A program made the position numbers and the translations under genes. From Lama glama (Eukaryota): 64,000 bases of DNA. The stretch's first letter is position 1. Each line of letters starts with the position of its first letter. The stretch spans positions 15,192,001 through 15,256,000 of the forward strand of contig CM052818.1 of NCBI GenBank assembly GCA_028534125.1, in the 5' to 3' direction. Positions 26,761 to 37,879 of this stretch are shown here, piece by piece. Under the pieces are notes generated by a model. It did not search any database and was not told the origin of the DNA. It was given only the letters and a program-made list of their open reading frames with translations.

Positions 26761-27361
26761 TGATACAGGAAAATGTGGGGCGAGGGGATGGCCGTGTCCC
26801 AGGCCTCTTGAGTCCCTTGGATGCGCCCCACCAAGTGTGGGTCCTTGGCTTCACACAGGAAAGAACTCAAGAGGGAGCCACAGTTGAGTAAAAGTAGATT
26901 TATTCAGAGTGATACGTACTCCATAGACAGAGTACAGCCTGTCTCACAAGGCAAGATAAAAGCCACAAGGTGTGCTCAGTTTAAAGTAAAAGTAGGTAAC
27001 ACTCCATAGACAGTGTGCAGTTTATCTCACTCAGAAGGGAGAGAGGCCACGAGGAGTGGGGTAGTTAGTTTTTGTGGGCTCAGCAGCTTCATATGCTAAC
27101 AAGTGGGAGGATTATTCCAACTACTTTGGGGCAAGGGGTGGGAGTCCCAGGAAATCGGTTATCACCCACCCTTTGAACTTTCATGGTCAGCCTTGAACCT
27201 GTCCTGGCACCCGTGGGAGCACCATTTAGCAGCTATTGTATTTCAATGAGCAGTGGATTGAAGCTCCAGGTCTCCTGGGAGTTGAATCTTCCCCCATCTT
27301 GGTGCTAATTGCTGTGTTATTCTTTTAATAGTTGTGCCCTGCCCCCTTCCCTCCTGTCTCA
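26761..27361 (-). mobile_element. Young ERV1-type solo LTR (family A, copy 2)
   Basis: TGATACAGG...CTGTCTCA ends; TSD CCTG/CCTT (3 of 4 match); minus-strand AATAAA at 26899-26904; homologous to 12488-13138. Confidence 0.9.
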
Positions 27362-27847
27362 CCTTGACTGTTTTCCTTTATCCCAAGGACTTGGTAGGGG
27401 AGGTGTGGGGGGGGGGAATTAACTTACCCAATAAGTTCCATCTCTTCCACTAATAATGTGAACAGACTAAGGTGTACCTCTACTACTGTGCTGTTAAAAA
27501 ATGCATTCAAGGTAATTGGCAGAGATACTTGTAGGTATGAAGAAGGGAAAGAAAAGTGGAAAGATGGAAAGAAGGAAGAAGAAAAATACCAGACTGTCTG
27601 GTAGATGTTATAAAATGCAAAATATATGTATTAGAAAACAATAAGGCCTTAACAAGGTGCAGAAGCAGAGAGGCCTTTAAAAAGGACTTTAAAATCCACA
27701 ATTCTAGCCGCCTCACTTCATAGGCTTGGACCGTGTGCTCAAGAGATTAAATAGCTAGAGTTATAATGCAGGCAGGGCCTGGGGAAAATCAGGAGCCAGT
27801 TTTTGAATGCTTATTATGTCAAGGACTTTAAAAATGTTCTCTCTCAG

Positions 27848-28264
27848 TGCTATAGGTTGCATTGTAATCCCTGCTTCCCCCAATTCATAGGTTCAAGTCC
27901 TAACCCCTGATACCCCAGGATGGACTGACCTTACCTGGACATAGGGTTCTACAGAGGTAATCAAGTTAAAATAAGGATTTAGGATGGCTTCTGATCCAGT
28001 ATGATTGGTGTTCTTATGACAAGGGGAAATCTGGACACAGATTTGCATATAGAGAGAGTGCCCCGTGAACAGGGAGCTGGCCGCCTACAAGCCGCGGAGA
28101 GGGGCCTGGACCAGACCCTTTCCTCCCAGCTCCCAGGAGGAACCAAGCCTGTCAGCAGCTCCATCTCAGATGTCCAGTCTCCAGAACTGTGAGGCAGTAG
28201 GTGTTTGTTTTGAAGCCCCCCAGTTCATGGTACTTGGTGCTGGCAGACCTAGAAATAATCATCC
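27848..28264 (+). mobile_element. MaLR LTR (MLT1B-like)
   Basis: ttcataggttcaagtcctaaccc...cagaggtaatcaagttaaaataagg...ccagtctccagaactgtgag. Confidence 0.8.
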
Positions 28265-31164
28265 CTAACTGTCCCGTTCGGCAGGCACTGCTTTCCCTGC
28301 TTCGTAGGTGAGGAGACCGAAGAGTCTTAACCTGTAGAGCTGGGATCACCAACTGGTCGCCCCACTTCTGCTGTGGGGGGGGGGGCTCAGCTAAGAGGAC
28401 AGGGTTCCAAGGCAAAGGGGACTCCCCTGTCCCTCCTTTGTCCCACAGTGTTTCTGCATGAAGCTGATTAAAAACCTCAAAGCCTTTAGTGACCACCCAG
28501 CCTTCTTCACAGTTGAATCATGTAGTGTTTCTTTCTTTTAAAGAGGGTTTTCCCGTCAAGTGTTTTTCAACTGTGAGAACAGGTAGGCCCACGGTAGAGA
28601 TAGATAAGCCCTTGGCTTTAGCAGTTAGAGAATTTAAACACTTCAGTGTCTCCAGTGGTTGGTTTCACTTTGAACTCAAACCCCTACCGCTGTAACTAGA
28701 AATAGTATAATCAGTCAAGTGCCAGGTCACCGTCGTGCAGGAGTTAAGACACAGCATTTCTTTTAACAGCCGAAGGCCCACTGTGAATGGGGCTAAAATG
28801 TGAGTTCAGGAGGCCGACTGGAGTGATACTAAGCAGTGTTAAGAGCAGCTTTGGTGGAGGAGACGTGTCTGTACCTGGGTGGTTCCACTTCTTTAAACAG
28901 AGCTCCGAAAAATAGCTTCTCTCAGTGATGGTGCATAAACTCGAATAGTTTTCCAAATCAGGGTAACTGTTTTATAGAAAAATTATGTTTTATAGAATCA
29001 CGCATTGTAGAAAAGGCATACCTTTAAGTACTTAGAACTTTTTGAATCTGTGTTTTAAAGTCTCTACATTTCAGCTTCCTAGCTGTGAAATGTGGTAAAA
29101 ATCTGCTACAAGGATGAAATGGGATGTGCGCTGGCAGTTTTTTGGGAAATCGGAAAGCCCTACCCTCATCAAAGGGAAGTTTTAACCAGACTATAAATTT
29201 ACCCAGATGCCCATTAAAATAGCCTTAGCATCCATTTATTCAGAAGTCATAGCCAAGGCTCCTTCCTCCTAATTTTGAGTCTGGGGTGAGTGTATTTGTG
29301 TGTGGCAGACTGGACCCTTTGGGGAAAAAATGCTAAGTGAATTCAAGGTCATGATGTTATTAACTGGTATGTTCCTCCTCTCATAATTGATAAATGCCTT
29401 CCAGCTACCCCAAAAGGTTTTTCCCTCTGTTTTTGTGTTTCTGGCTCTCCTGACTTGCACTGGCCACAGTCCAAGGTATGAGTGTAAAAGAAAACAGTTA
29501 AGAAGACAAGCAGCTGTGTCGTACTTACGGTGCCAAAGCCAACCACACAGCAGTCTCCGCTGCTCTCTCTTCTAGCCACTTCTGTGGGTTCATGGGAGTC
29601 GGGGAGGAGGAAGGAGAGGTCATATGAGACCTTGGGAGACTTGATGGGAGGAGGTGGCAGAAGGTGCCGCCCAGAGGATTGAAGCAGACGGTGACGGTTG
29701 AGGTTGAGATGGTGGCTCTGGAGACAGGCTTGCTGGGTGTAATTCCATGCCTCGGTTTCCTCACCCAAGAAATGGGAACGATGGGAGTGTGACAGGGAAA
29801 TGAGTTGCACGCGTGAGCCATGGGCTGTTCTCCCTGCGCTCACTGCTGCCGCTTTTCCTCTCTTGTGGTGATGGCTTTGTTGTCCTCTGCCCCCTTAGAC
29901 TGTGAGCTCCCTGAGGAGCCTCCTGGACTCTCCTTCACCTGTGCGTCTTCTAACACGAATACTGCTGAGGGAAGGAGCCGTCTGAACAATGGAGTAGTGT
30001 TCCCCTTCCTCTCTCTTGCAGCCCCATCTGATATTCCCACCACTGAGGATCAGGTGGAAGCAAGTCAGATGGGGTTTGTTAGGGTGGGTAATGCCTTCGT
30101 TTTTGAAACTCTTTGGTGCTAGGCGTAGACAAACACACACATATAACGGATCATGGAGAGCACCTTAATTTAAAAATCAAGGGTCAAAAGAGGCATCGGA
30201 GGTTTGTCGCTATTTAGAAGGTGTGGCCAGGGTCTGCTTGAACAGAGTGGCTGAATATAAATTTGCCTTGAAGGAGCCACATCAAGGGTAAAGTCATTCC
30301 TTTACAGATCCTGAGCTGCTCATTTGTTATCATGGTCCTCGGCCATCCTGTCTGTACCTTTCTTTCCAGCCTCATGTGGCCTTGCCTTTGCCTCCAGCCC
30401 ATCTTTCCTCTCATGCCGTGTGAAGGGTGTGTGTCATGCTGGTCCTGTCCTAAGTGGGGGACCACTTGTCCTTACACATCCCAGCTTTTTTCCTCCTTCC
30501 TCATCCCACATTGATCAGGACAAAGGAAGTACTCTATCTATGCTGGCTAAATCTAATTCCCGTCTCCCTTCCTCCTACCCTCTCTTTTCCCCAAAACCAA
30601 GCAGGCCAAATCCTGATACATACAGCTTTCAGGCTCATGCAATTCAGCACATTTTCTAGGGTCACAAATGAATGATTAGCTCAACTCACGTGCTAGGGGG
30701 AATAGTAAATAAGCATATAGTTCAGTGCGTTTTACACCCATAGTGGCTTTCTATTTCCCCGGCTCTCAGTTTTGAAGCCTTATTGATCTGTGAAAGAAAC
30801 ATAGGGCTATTATCATAAACCCCGTAGAATACAAGGGTCCTGCAAAGAGACTCGGTGGCGTGACCTTGTGTGCTGTGCACACCAGCACAGTCGTGGGGAA
30901 GCCGGGCTTGGAAGCTGAGGGCTGGGCTGTTTCGTGGGCACAGTCTTCTCCTCTGCTGCCACTACTGCATGTACCAGGAGGTGGTGGAGCTGGTGATCTC
31001 TGGGTTTCTGCATCTGTCCCTTTATTCTTTGTTTGCATGGTATTTTATGAAAATGGCTTATTAGAGGGGAGAGTCTGCTTGTCCTATAGAAACTATATTT
31101 TTAAAACTTCTGGTTGTAAGATGAAATTTTGTGGAAAGATATATAAAAATTACAGTATTAACTG

Positions 31165-31192
31165 GTGTGTGTGTGTGTGTGTGTGTGTGTGT
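31165..31192. repeat. (TG)n microsatellite
   Basis: About 13 TG units. Confidence 0.9.
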
Positions 31193-31618
31193 TGGGGGTG
31201 TGTGCCAGGGAGGGCCCAGGAACAGTCTAGAACCAGTTCTATGTTCAAGAGAGAAACAAGAAAAGAACCATTACCCTGATTTCCTGGAAGGGCCAAGTGG
31301 GAGACTTGCCCTCTACACCTTTGGCTCTTTTCGGTGGAGGCCGTGGCCTGCTCCTTTGGCACCGTGTGCCTCGGGGGTTCTGTTGTGGACATTTGCTTAT
31401 TCTGCCTTGTGGACAAGTTCCCTCAGAGGCAGAGCTGTGGGAACAGTGCTTCATCAGCTGTGTGTATTCTTGCACGAAGCAGGGGACCAGGGATGTCACT
31501 TGTATGTGTGAGTCCACCCAACACTGATGGACAGTATAACTCCATATAAGGCAGCAATCGGAGTTTTTAACCAAGCTGAGGGAATGTGCACTATAAGATA
31601 CAGAAAGTATTCATAAAG

Positions 31619-31925
31619 CAGCATTTCCCAGTGTGAGGTCCGTAGACCAGTGCCCCCAAAACACACAAAAGGGGTGGGATTGGAGCCCTGTGATTTATGT
31701 GTTTGGGAAATTGGTTGTGAACCATACCCTCCTCTTGGAAATTCACAGTGTAGACTAATTTGTTAAAGGCCCTGAGAAGTCCTGCAGCAAAGATACTTAT
31801 CTTTGTTTTATCCAGTGTTTCTCAAACATATTTAACTTTGGAATACTTTTTTTTTTTTTTTTACCTAATACCAATTAACACGCTGGATACTGATGTTTCT
31901 TCTAACATGCTTTTGAAAGTGCTAT
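31619..31925. mobile_element. hAT-Charlie MITE (MER113/Charlie4z-like)
   Basis: cagcatttcccagtgtg...tgtttgggaaa...aaaggccctgagaagtcctgcag...ccagtgtttctcaaac. Confidence 0.55.
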
Positions 31926-33608
31926 AGTAAAGTAAAAGCCATAGGCCTAGCAGGGAGGGAATTATTTTAAATTGTACTGATTCTGGCAAAATTATTTTCT
32001 TCCTATCAAAACCTACCAAAAAAGACCCTACAAAAAAACCCTAAAAAAAAGCCTACAAAGTGCCTTATACTCGGTAACGCACACAAGGCAACATTTTCCA
32101 GTAGGCGTTTTTGCAGAGTGAACATTAGGGAAGCAACGCATCTCAGGGTTTCTGCAGTGGTACTGAATCTGTGTAGAAGCAAATGGATCAAGAACTGGTT
32201 TGAGTTGCAGAATTGCGATACAGACCGAACTTTGAGCCGCTGCATGAGTAGAATCTGAGGCTTGCTATAGGCACACGATAAGGATTTACTAATTACCTAC
32301 TAGCTTCTAACCCTATGCCAAGCCCTGAGGCTGCAACCCTGAAAAAGACTCAGCGTCTGCTCTCAAGGACTAGTGAGGGAGACCAGAAAAGGACACAACA
32401 AGGCGGCTTCACTGAGAGGCACGCTATGGTCAGGGGAGCACAGTGGGTCGGGGAACCACACAGGAGAAGCACCCGATCAAGTCTTGCTGGGACAGCAATG
32501 TTTGCCAGAGGGAGGTGGCAGCCAAGTAGAGGTGTGAAGGATGGAGGAGGCACTGGGAAGAATGTAGTGGATGGAGACAATGGCCTGTGCAAAGCTGGGG
32601 AGGAGAGCCAATCTGGTACATTTGGAGAACTGGGAGTAAATGAGTGGGGCTCGCACGTTGTGTTTGAGGCACAGGAGTGACTGAGGAGGGAGTGCTACTC
32701 AGAATTGCTGGACCATGAAGGGCCGTGCCTACCATGCTGAAAATGTCTTTTATCTCTGGGATTAGCACAAGGTGCTGGTACAAAAGGTGCGCAGCCTGTG
32801 GGGACATTCTGGCATGTGGACAGCCGAGGGCCAGGAAGTAGCTCAGTGGATGACTTAGGACCAGTCAATGGGAGAAAGTTCTGGGTAGAAGTATTCCCCC
32901 AAGCCCACCCATCTATGGATTCCACTGACCGTCTAGTGAGGAGAAATGAGCTATTGGGCCAGAAGCACCCCAAAGTCAAGGTGTTGAAGGATCGGCGGTT
33001 TATGTGAGTGTTCACCTCTTTATGTGGCCAATTTATTTGTCAGCAGACTCTATGTTATTTATTAGAGAGTTTGCATTAATGTATTCCCAGCTAATCTTGT
33101 TTATCTACTCATTTATTCTACAAGTATTTATTGAGCGTCTGGCAGGGCCAGGTGCTGAGGATATAATACATGACAAAGCAATTACAGTCTGCCCTACAGT
33201 CTAGAGTGGGAGACTGACATTACTCAACCAGTCATACTGATAAACAGAAAATCATGACTGTGATAAGTACCATGAAGGAGAAGTATGTGGTGGTATGAGA
33301 TCACGGTCTTGAGTGTCGGGAAAGGCTTACTTAACAAGGTGGGCTTTAGGCTGACAGCCAAAATGAACAAGAGTTAACTGGGTGTACAGCAGGGCAGAGC
33401 AAATAGCACCTGGAGCAGGTGGAGCATGTGCATTTAAGGATCTGAAGGGAGCCCAGGGGTAAGGGGCAGTGGTAGTGCAGCAGAGACTGGGGGTTCGAAG
33501 AAGCCGGGCTCTCATCATAGTCGTGTTAAGGAATTTTCTTTTCTTCCAATAGCAATGCCAAACCTTTGGAAAGTTTTAAATAAGAGGTCACACCATCAGA
33601 CTTGTGGG

Positions 33609-33768
33609 TTTTTTTTTTTTCCTGAATGTCAAGTGTCATCTGTATTCTTTTATTTTCATAGCCTTTGCATTAAGACACATAGCAATGGTAGCAGATTTCT
33701 TTTTAAAGCTTAGTATTAAATATTAAATATCTTTCCCCATTTTAATTTTACATTACTCTGCCAAGAAA

Positions 33769-33828
<60 letters not shown>

Positions 33829-34286
33829 AAAGAAAGAAACTCAAGTTATTTGAAGCCTGGACACATTTCCATGTATAGAAGTTGGTGGCTTTGTTCTTCT
33901 TGCTGTGTGAGCAGGTCCAGGCCCTAAAAGATAGGACCAGGTTATAACTGTTTTTGAAAACTGTACTACAAAAATGAATGACCTGCTATAAGCCAGGTTA
34001 CAAAGTAAGGATGGGGTAAGTGAGGGACATTTTCTTCCAGAAACAAAATTTCCAAAGAGTCCCAGTGCATCATTTTTTCCCAAAAAGGTTGGAGGAGGGA
34101 TAAAAATCTCATCATCTCTGTGACAGGATAGTAGTTTCCTTGCTGAGGAGGATGGGCGAAGAAGAAGGGGATGGCTAAGTTTAACCATCACCACCTTTTT
34201 CAGTTGGGGAATGCAGAGTTCATTGGCCGGTGGGTGAGAAGTGGGCTGAAGCTTGGTTGGTACTGAATTCTCTAAGAGGTTTCTTC
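33609..34286 (-). pseudogene. Processed (retroposed) mRNA 3' fragment, parent gene unidentified
   Basis: T12 tail 33609-33620; minus-strand AATAAA at 33649-33654; ~670 bp of non-repeat-like sequence; degenerate TSD tcagacttgtgggtttt (33596) / tcagatttgtgttttt (34287) duplicating host L2 sequence. Confidence 0.8.
33764..33839. repeat. (GAAA)n tetranucleotide microsatellite
   Basis: About 17 GAAA units inside the retrocopy. Confidence 0.95.
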
Positions 34287-35028
34287 TCAGATTTGTGTTT
34301 TTAGTAGATGGTACTGGTTGCCTTGTGGCGATTATATTGGAGGCAGCAAGAATGGATATGAGTGTGTAGATCTGGCTACTGTGGGAATCCAGGCTAAACA
34401 TGGTGGTGCCTTGGACTGGGGTGGTGGCAGTGGAGGTGGAGAGAAATAAAAGGATTCGAGAGCCATTTACAGGCATGGTGATGCCTTGTGTGTGGCGCAG
34501 GGAGAAAGAACAGGTCTTCTAGACTTTGCACAACCAAGGTAGAGACTATTGGATCAGATTTTAGGGAAGGGATCATACAGTCAGCTTTGGTCATATGGAT
34601 ATGAAGCTGAGAGAAAGGTTCTAGACTGAAATATAATTTGGGAACATTGGCATTTGGAGAGTGATGGATGCTGTGGTACCCGTGAGGAGGGTTAGGGAGA
34701 GACTGAAGGCATGAGGAATTGAGCTGAGGGAAGATGTGAGGTGCTCCAGGCTTCAGAAGAGCCTGAGAAGGACCAGCAAGAGAAGTAGGAGAAAAATCAG
34801 AAACGCGAAGTATCAAAGACAAGGGAAGAGATTATTCCAAGAGGAACGATGTGGTCACTGGTGTTGATTTGCCCTGGAAATGTTAATTATGATGAAGAAT
34901 GAAAATAAACGCTGGGTTTAGTAACATGGAGGCGATTGTTGGCCTTCTTGAGAATTGTTTTGTTAGAGAGAAGGGGCAGGTGCCTGAATGGAGCATCTTT
35001 TGTAAAGTCAGTAGTACGAACTTCTTCA

Positions 35029-35800
35029 GGGTTCCAGGTATTTTCGCTGTAAGCATCTTTGCCTTAGACATCTTTGCCACAAGCATTTTCACCACCTAAC
35101 TAATTGGCCATAAGGCAATTTTGCTGTGAAAGATAAAATAACTGACCAACAGTTTGGTTTGACAGTTCGATTTCAATTGGTTGAAATGCCTTAGCATTTC
35201 TTCTAATTAGTGACATTATTGATGGCTTTATCAAGCTGATAGAGCTGAACTCACATTTCCCATATAACTTTGGAACATCTACCAACAGACATATGACAAT
35301 ATGCCAAGAACAAATAGCAGGGTAGAAGCTTCTACAGTGCAACCCAAAGCTTAGTTACCAATGTGCATCCTAGTATTTGGCAACTGAGACCTCTCTTAAT
35401 GAAGAAATTTTAGCAAAAAAGAAAAGTGTTATGTCAAATAGGGAGATGTATCAACAAGCCAGAAAAAAAATGCATAGTTCTATGAATAGAAGACTTTGAA
35501 GATGAGTGCTAGGTACAACTCACAAAATAAAATCAGTTATTTGAGAAGTATTGCCATGATTCTACACATTTTAAGGGTATTCAAATATTTTGTATTTTGT
35601 AATAGTGTTTTTAATTGTGTTATTCATCTCTCGTGTTTCATTATGTCGTTTTTAATAGCCCTCTTTTATTTTTCACTATTTTATCTTTCACAGCAAAATT
35701 GCCCATGGCTATTCATTAATGTGGCAAAAATGTTTGCTGCAAAAATGCTTGTGGCAAAGATGTTTATGGCTAAGACACTTACAGCAAAGATACCGATCAC
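35029..35800 (+). mobile_element. Mutator-like (MULE/MuDR, Ricksha-related) non-autonomous DNA transposon with transposase remnant
   Basis: 110-125 bp TIRs made of ~15-bp subrepeats; perfect 27-bp inverted match 35114-35140 vs 35677-35703; internal remnant reads ALAFLLISDIIDGFIKL ... FPI*LWNIYQQTYDNMPRTNSRVEA/FYSATQSLVTNVHPSIWQL; degenerate 8-bp TSD cttcttca/gttcttta. Confidence 0.88.
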
Positions 35801-36731
35801 GTTCTTTATGTTCTGTGATGAAGAGGCAAGCAAACTAGATGGATTTGATACCAAGTAGGACCCAGCGGCAACCCCCTAACCCCTGCCTCTTGTTTATAGC
35901 CCCATGCTGTTGGCTGTTGCCCCTAGCATCATACCTGTGCCCGTCTTCTAGTATCATACCCCTGCTCCTCCACGGAAGAGAAACCAATTGCTCTTATCTA
36001 AGTCTCAGGAGGCAGCTGCAAAGAGAACAAACAAGAACTGGTGGAAGCCAACACTTGTTAAATTAGTATGTTTAAATGCCTTTAAAAATACATTAAAAAT
36101 GCTGAAAGTGCTTCATCAAAAATTTTTTTGGTGTTGAAATGTAGAAGAATTATGAGACTTTATGTTCTTAAAAAACCAAAACTAAATCCTTTGCTTTTAT
36201 AGCCGTCCCATAGAAAGCCTGAAAAAAATAGAAATGCCCCAATTTTTTTCCCAGAAGGCTGCAGCTGATTAGTTTTGGTAGATATGGAATGCATTCAAAA
36301 TTCCTGCTAAGGTCGAACTCTTTGAATGTAATTTATCCTTTGTTTATCCTCTTGGGCAGTGAGAATAAGAATTTGTCTCCAACTTATATTACCCCACTTT
36401 ATTGAACCACTCTGTAAAAACTGAAGCATGATTTGCGGTAATGTTTCATAAGAGCCAGTATTAATAAAATGGGTAAAGGTTTTGCAGGCTCTAAATTTTG
36501 GAGAAAAAAGAATATTATGGACTGCAATTTACAAAAGAACTGGGTTAAATTCAGTTCTCAGACATAAGGGCTATCTGTCTGCTTGTATTTCTGCTGATTG
36601 TGGAAAAGAAGCACAAAGGTACTTCATGCTTATTTAAAGGCTGTTTTAATTTTACGTGACTATTGATAGTTTGCTTTGCAGAATGCCATATCACTTCAGC
36701 AGAAGCATCTATATCGTCTCCTTCTCTAGGG

Positions 36732-37386
36732 CAGTAGTTCTCCCAATGGGTCCTGGGGCCAGTTGCAGCAATATCAACTGGGAATTGTTAGGATCTAAGT
36801 TCTTTGGCCCCGCCCCAGACCTACAGAATCAGAAACTCAGGGGTTGCAGCAACACGGATGGACCTGTAGAATGTCATTCTAAGTGAAGTAAGTCAGAAAG
36901 AGAAAGAAAAATATCATATGATATCACTTATATGGAAGTTATCATATATGGAATCTGAAAAAAAAAGATAAATGAACTTATTTACAAAACAGAAACGGAC
37001 TCACAGACATAGAAAACAAACTTATGGTTACCAGCGGAGGGAAAGGGGGGGGAAGGGATAAATTGGGGATTCAAGATTTGCAGATACTAACTACTATATA
37101 TAAAATAGATGAACAACAAGTTTCTTCTGTGTAGCACAGGGAGCTATATTCAATATCTTGTAGTAACCTATAATGAAAAAGAATATGAAAACGAATATAT
37201 GTATGACTGAAACATTATGCTATACACCAGAAATTGACACAACATTGCAAACTGACCATACTTCAATTAAAAAAATTGATAAGAATTGAAAAAAAAAAAA
37301 AGAAACTCAGGGATTGGAGCCCAGCAATTCATGTTTCACCAACCCTGCAGGTGGTGCTGGTTCATGTACAGGTTTGAGATCCACTG
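36732..37386. mobile_element. MER5A hAT MITE split by an L1 insertion
   Basis: cagtagttctc...cccagacctacagaatcagaaactc, resuming ...ggagcccagcaat...gtttgagatccactg after the L1. Confidence 0.8.
36847..37300 (+). mobile_element. 5'-truncated young L1 (ORF2 end, 3'UTR, poly A)
   Basis: gcaacacggatggacc...ctaagtgaagtaagtcagaaagagaaag...catacttcaattaaaa; 16-bp TSD agaaactcaggg(g/a)ttg at 36831-36846 and 37301-37316. Confidence 0.92.
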
Positions 37387-37749
37387 CTCTTGGGGAAGCA
37401 ATATCTTGGTGTATGTGTGTGGGTGCCCGTGTGTACGTGTCGATACTGAAATACTACACCACCAAATGAACATAAAAACTGTCTCAAAGGGAGAAGCAAA
37501 TGCAGAATATTTTACCCACACTATAAATTTATGCCCAGCTCACTCTAGCTCCGCACTGTTACAGTGGCCTGGGTTCTCCCTAAAGCACCTGACCTTGAAG
37601 TTTTTGTCTTTATAAGCATTCTTCATTCTGTAGTCTAGTGGAACACAGTTTAAGTGCACAGTTCAGGTTCAGGGTCCCAGGCTGCAGTCCTAACAAACCC
37701 CAGATGAACCCCTCTTTATTTCAATCAGGTCTTCATTTCTGAATGTTTG

Positions 37750-37868
37750 GTTAACAGATGTTTAGCAGCATGACAGCATCACCCATCTCCACAGTTGTGA
37801 CCTGTGGTGCCTCTGGACATTGCTAAATGTCCCCTAAGAGGCAAAATCACCCCCAGCCGAGCACCACG
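37750..37868. mobile_element. MER20 fragment
   Basis: cagttgtgacc...ctctggacattgctaaatgtcccctaagaggcaaaatcacccccagccgagcaccac. Confidence 0.7.
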
Positions 37869-37879
37869 GACTCAGAGGG

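Larger units (their letters stand above)
33090..34990 (-). mobile_element. L2 LINE (long fragment), interrupted by an mRNA retrocopy
   Basis: L2 3' terminus tcatttattctacaagtatttattgagc at 33110, with colinear L2 motifs continuing to ~34990. Confidence 0.8.

Noticed and set aside
12488..27361. Family A LTR pair as a 15-kb provirus
   Set aside because: Each copy has its own different TSD (GAAG; CCTG/CCTT) and the interval is ordinary old genomic sequence.
29521..29620. Minus-strand exon with GTAAGT donor
   Set aside because: Isolated, peptide unrecognised, and opposite to the inferred transcription direction; such motifs arise by chance.
29269..33015. Dense cluster of overlapping ORFs on both strands
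   Set aside because: Explained by locally higher GC content; peptides are low-information and lack consistent exon structure.
33841..34476. Longest ORF in the track (211 aa, minus strand) as a gene
   Set aside because: It starts in L2 sequence and runs across the insertion junction into the retrocopy; no recognisable domain or gene context, so most likely a chance open frame.
35496..35858. Repetitive peptide (AKMFAAKMLVAKMFMAK) as a repeat protein or CRISPR-like array
   Set aside because: It is the translation of the 15-bp subrepeats in the MULE TIR; there are no unique spacers and the DNA is mammalian.
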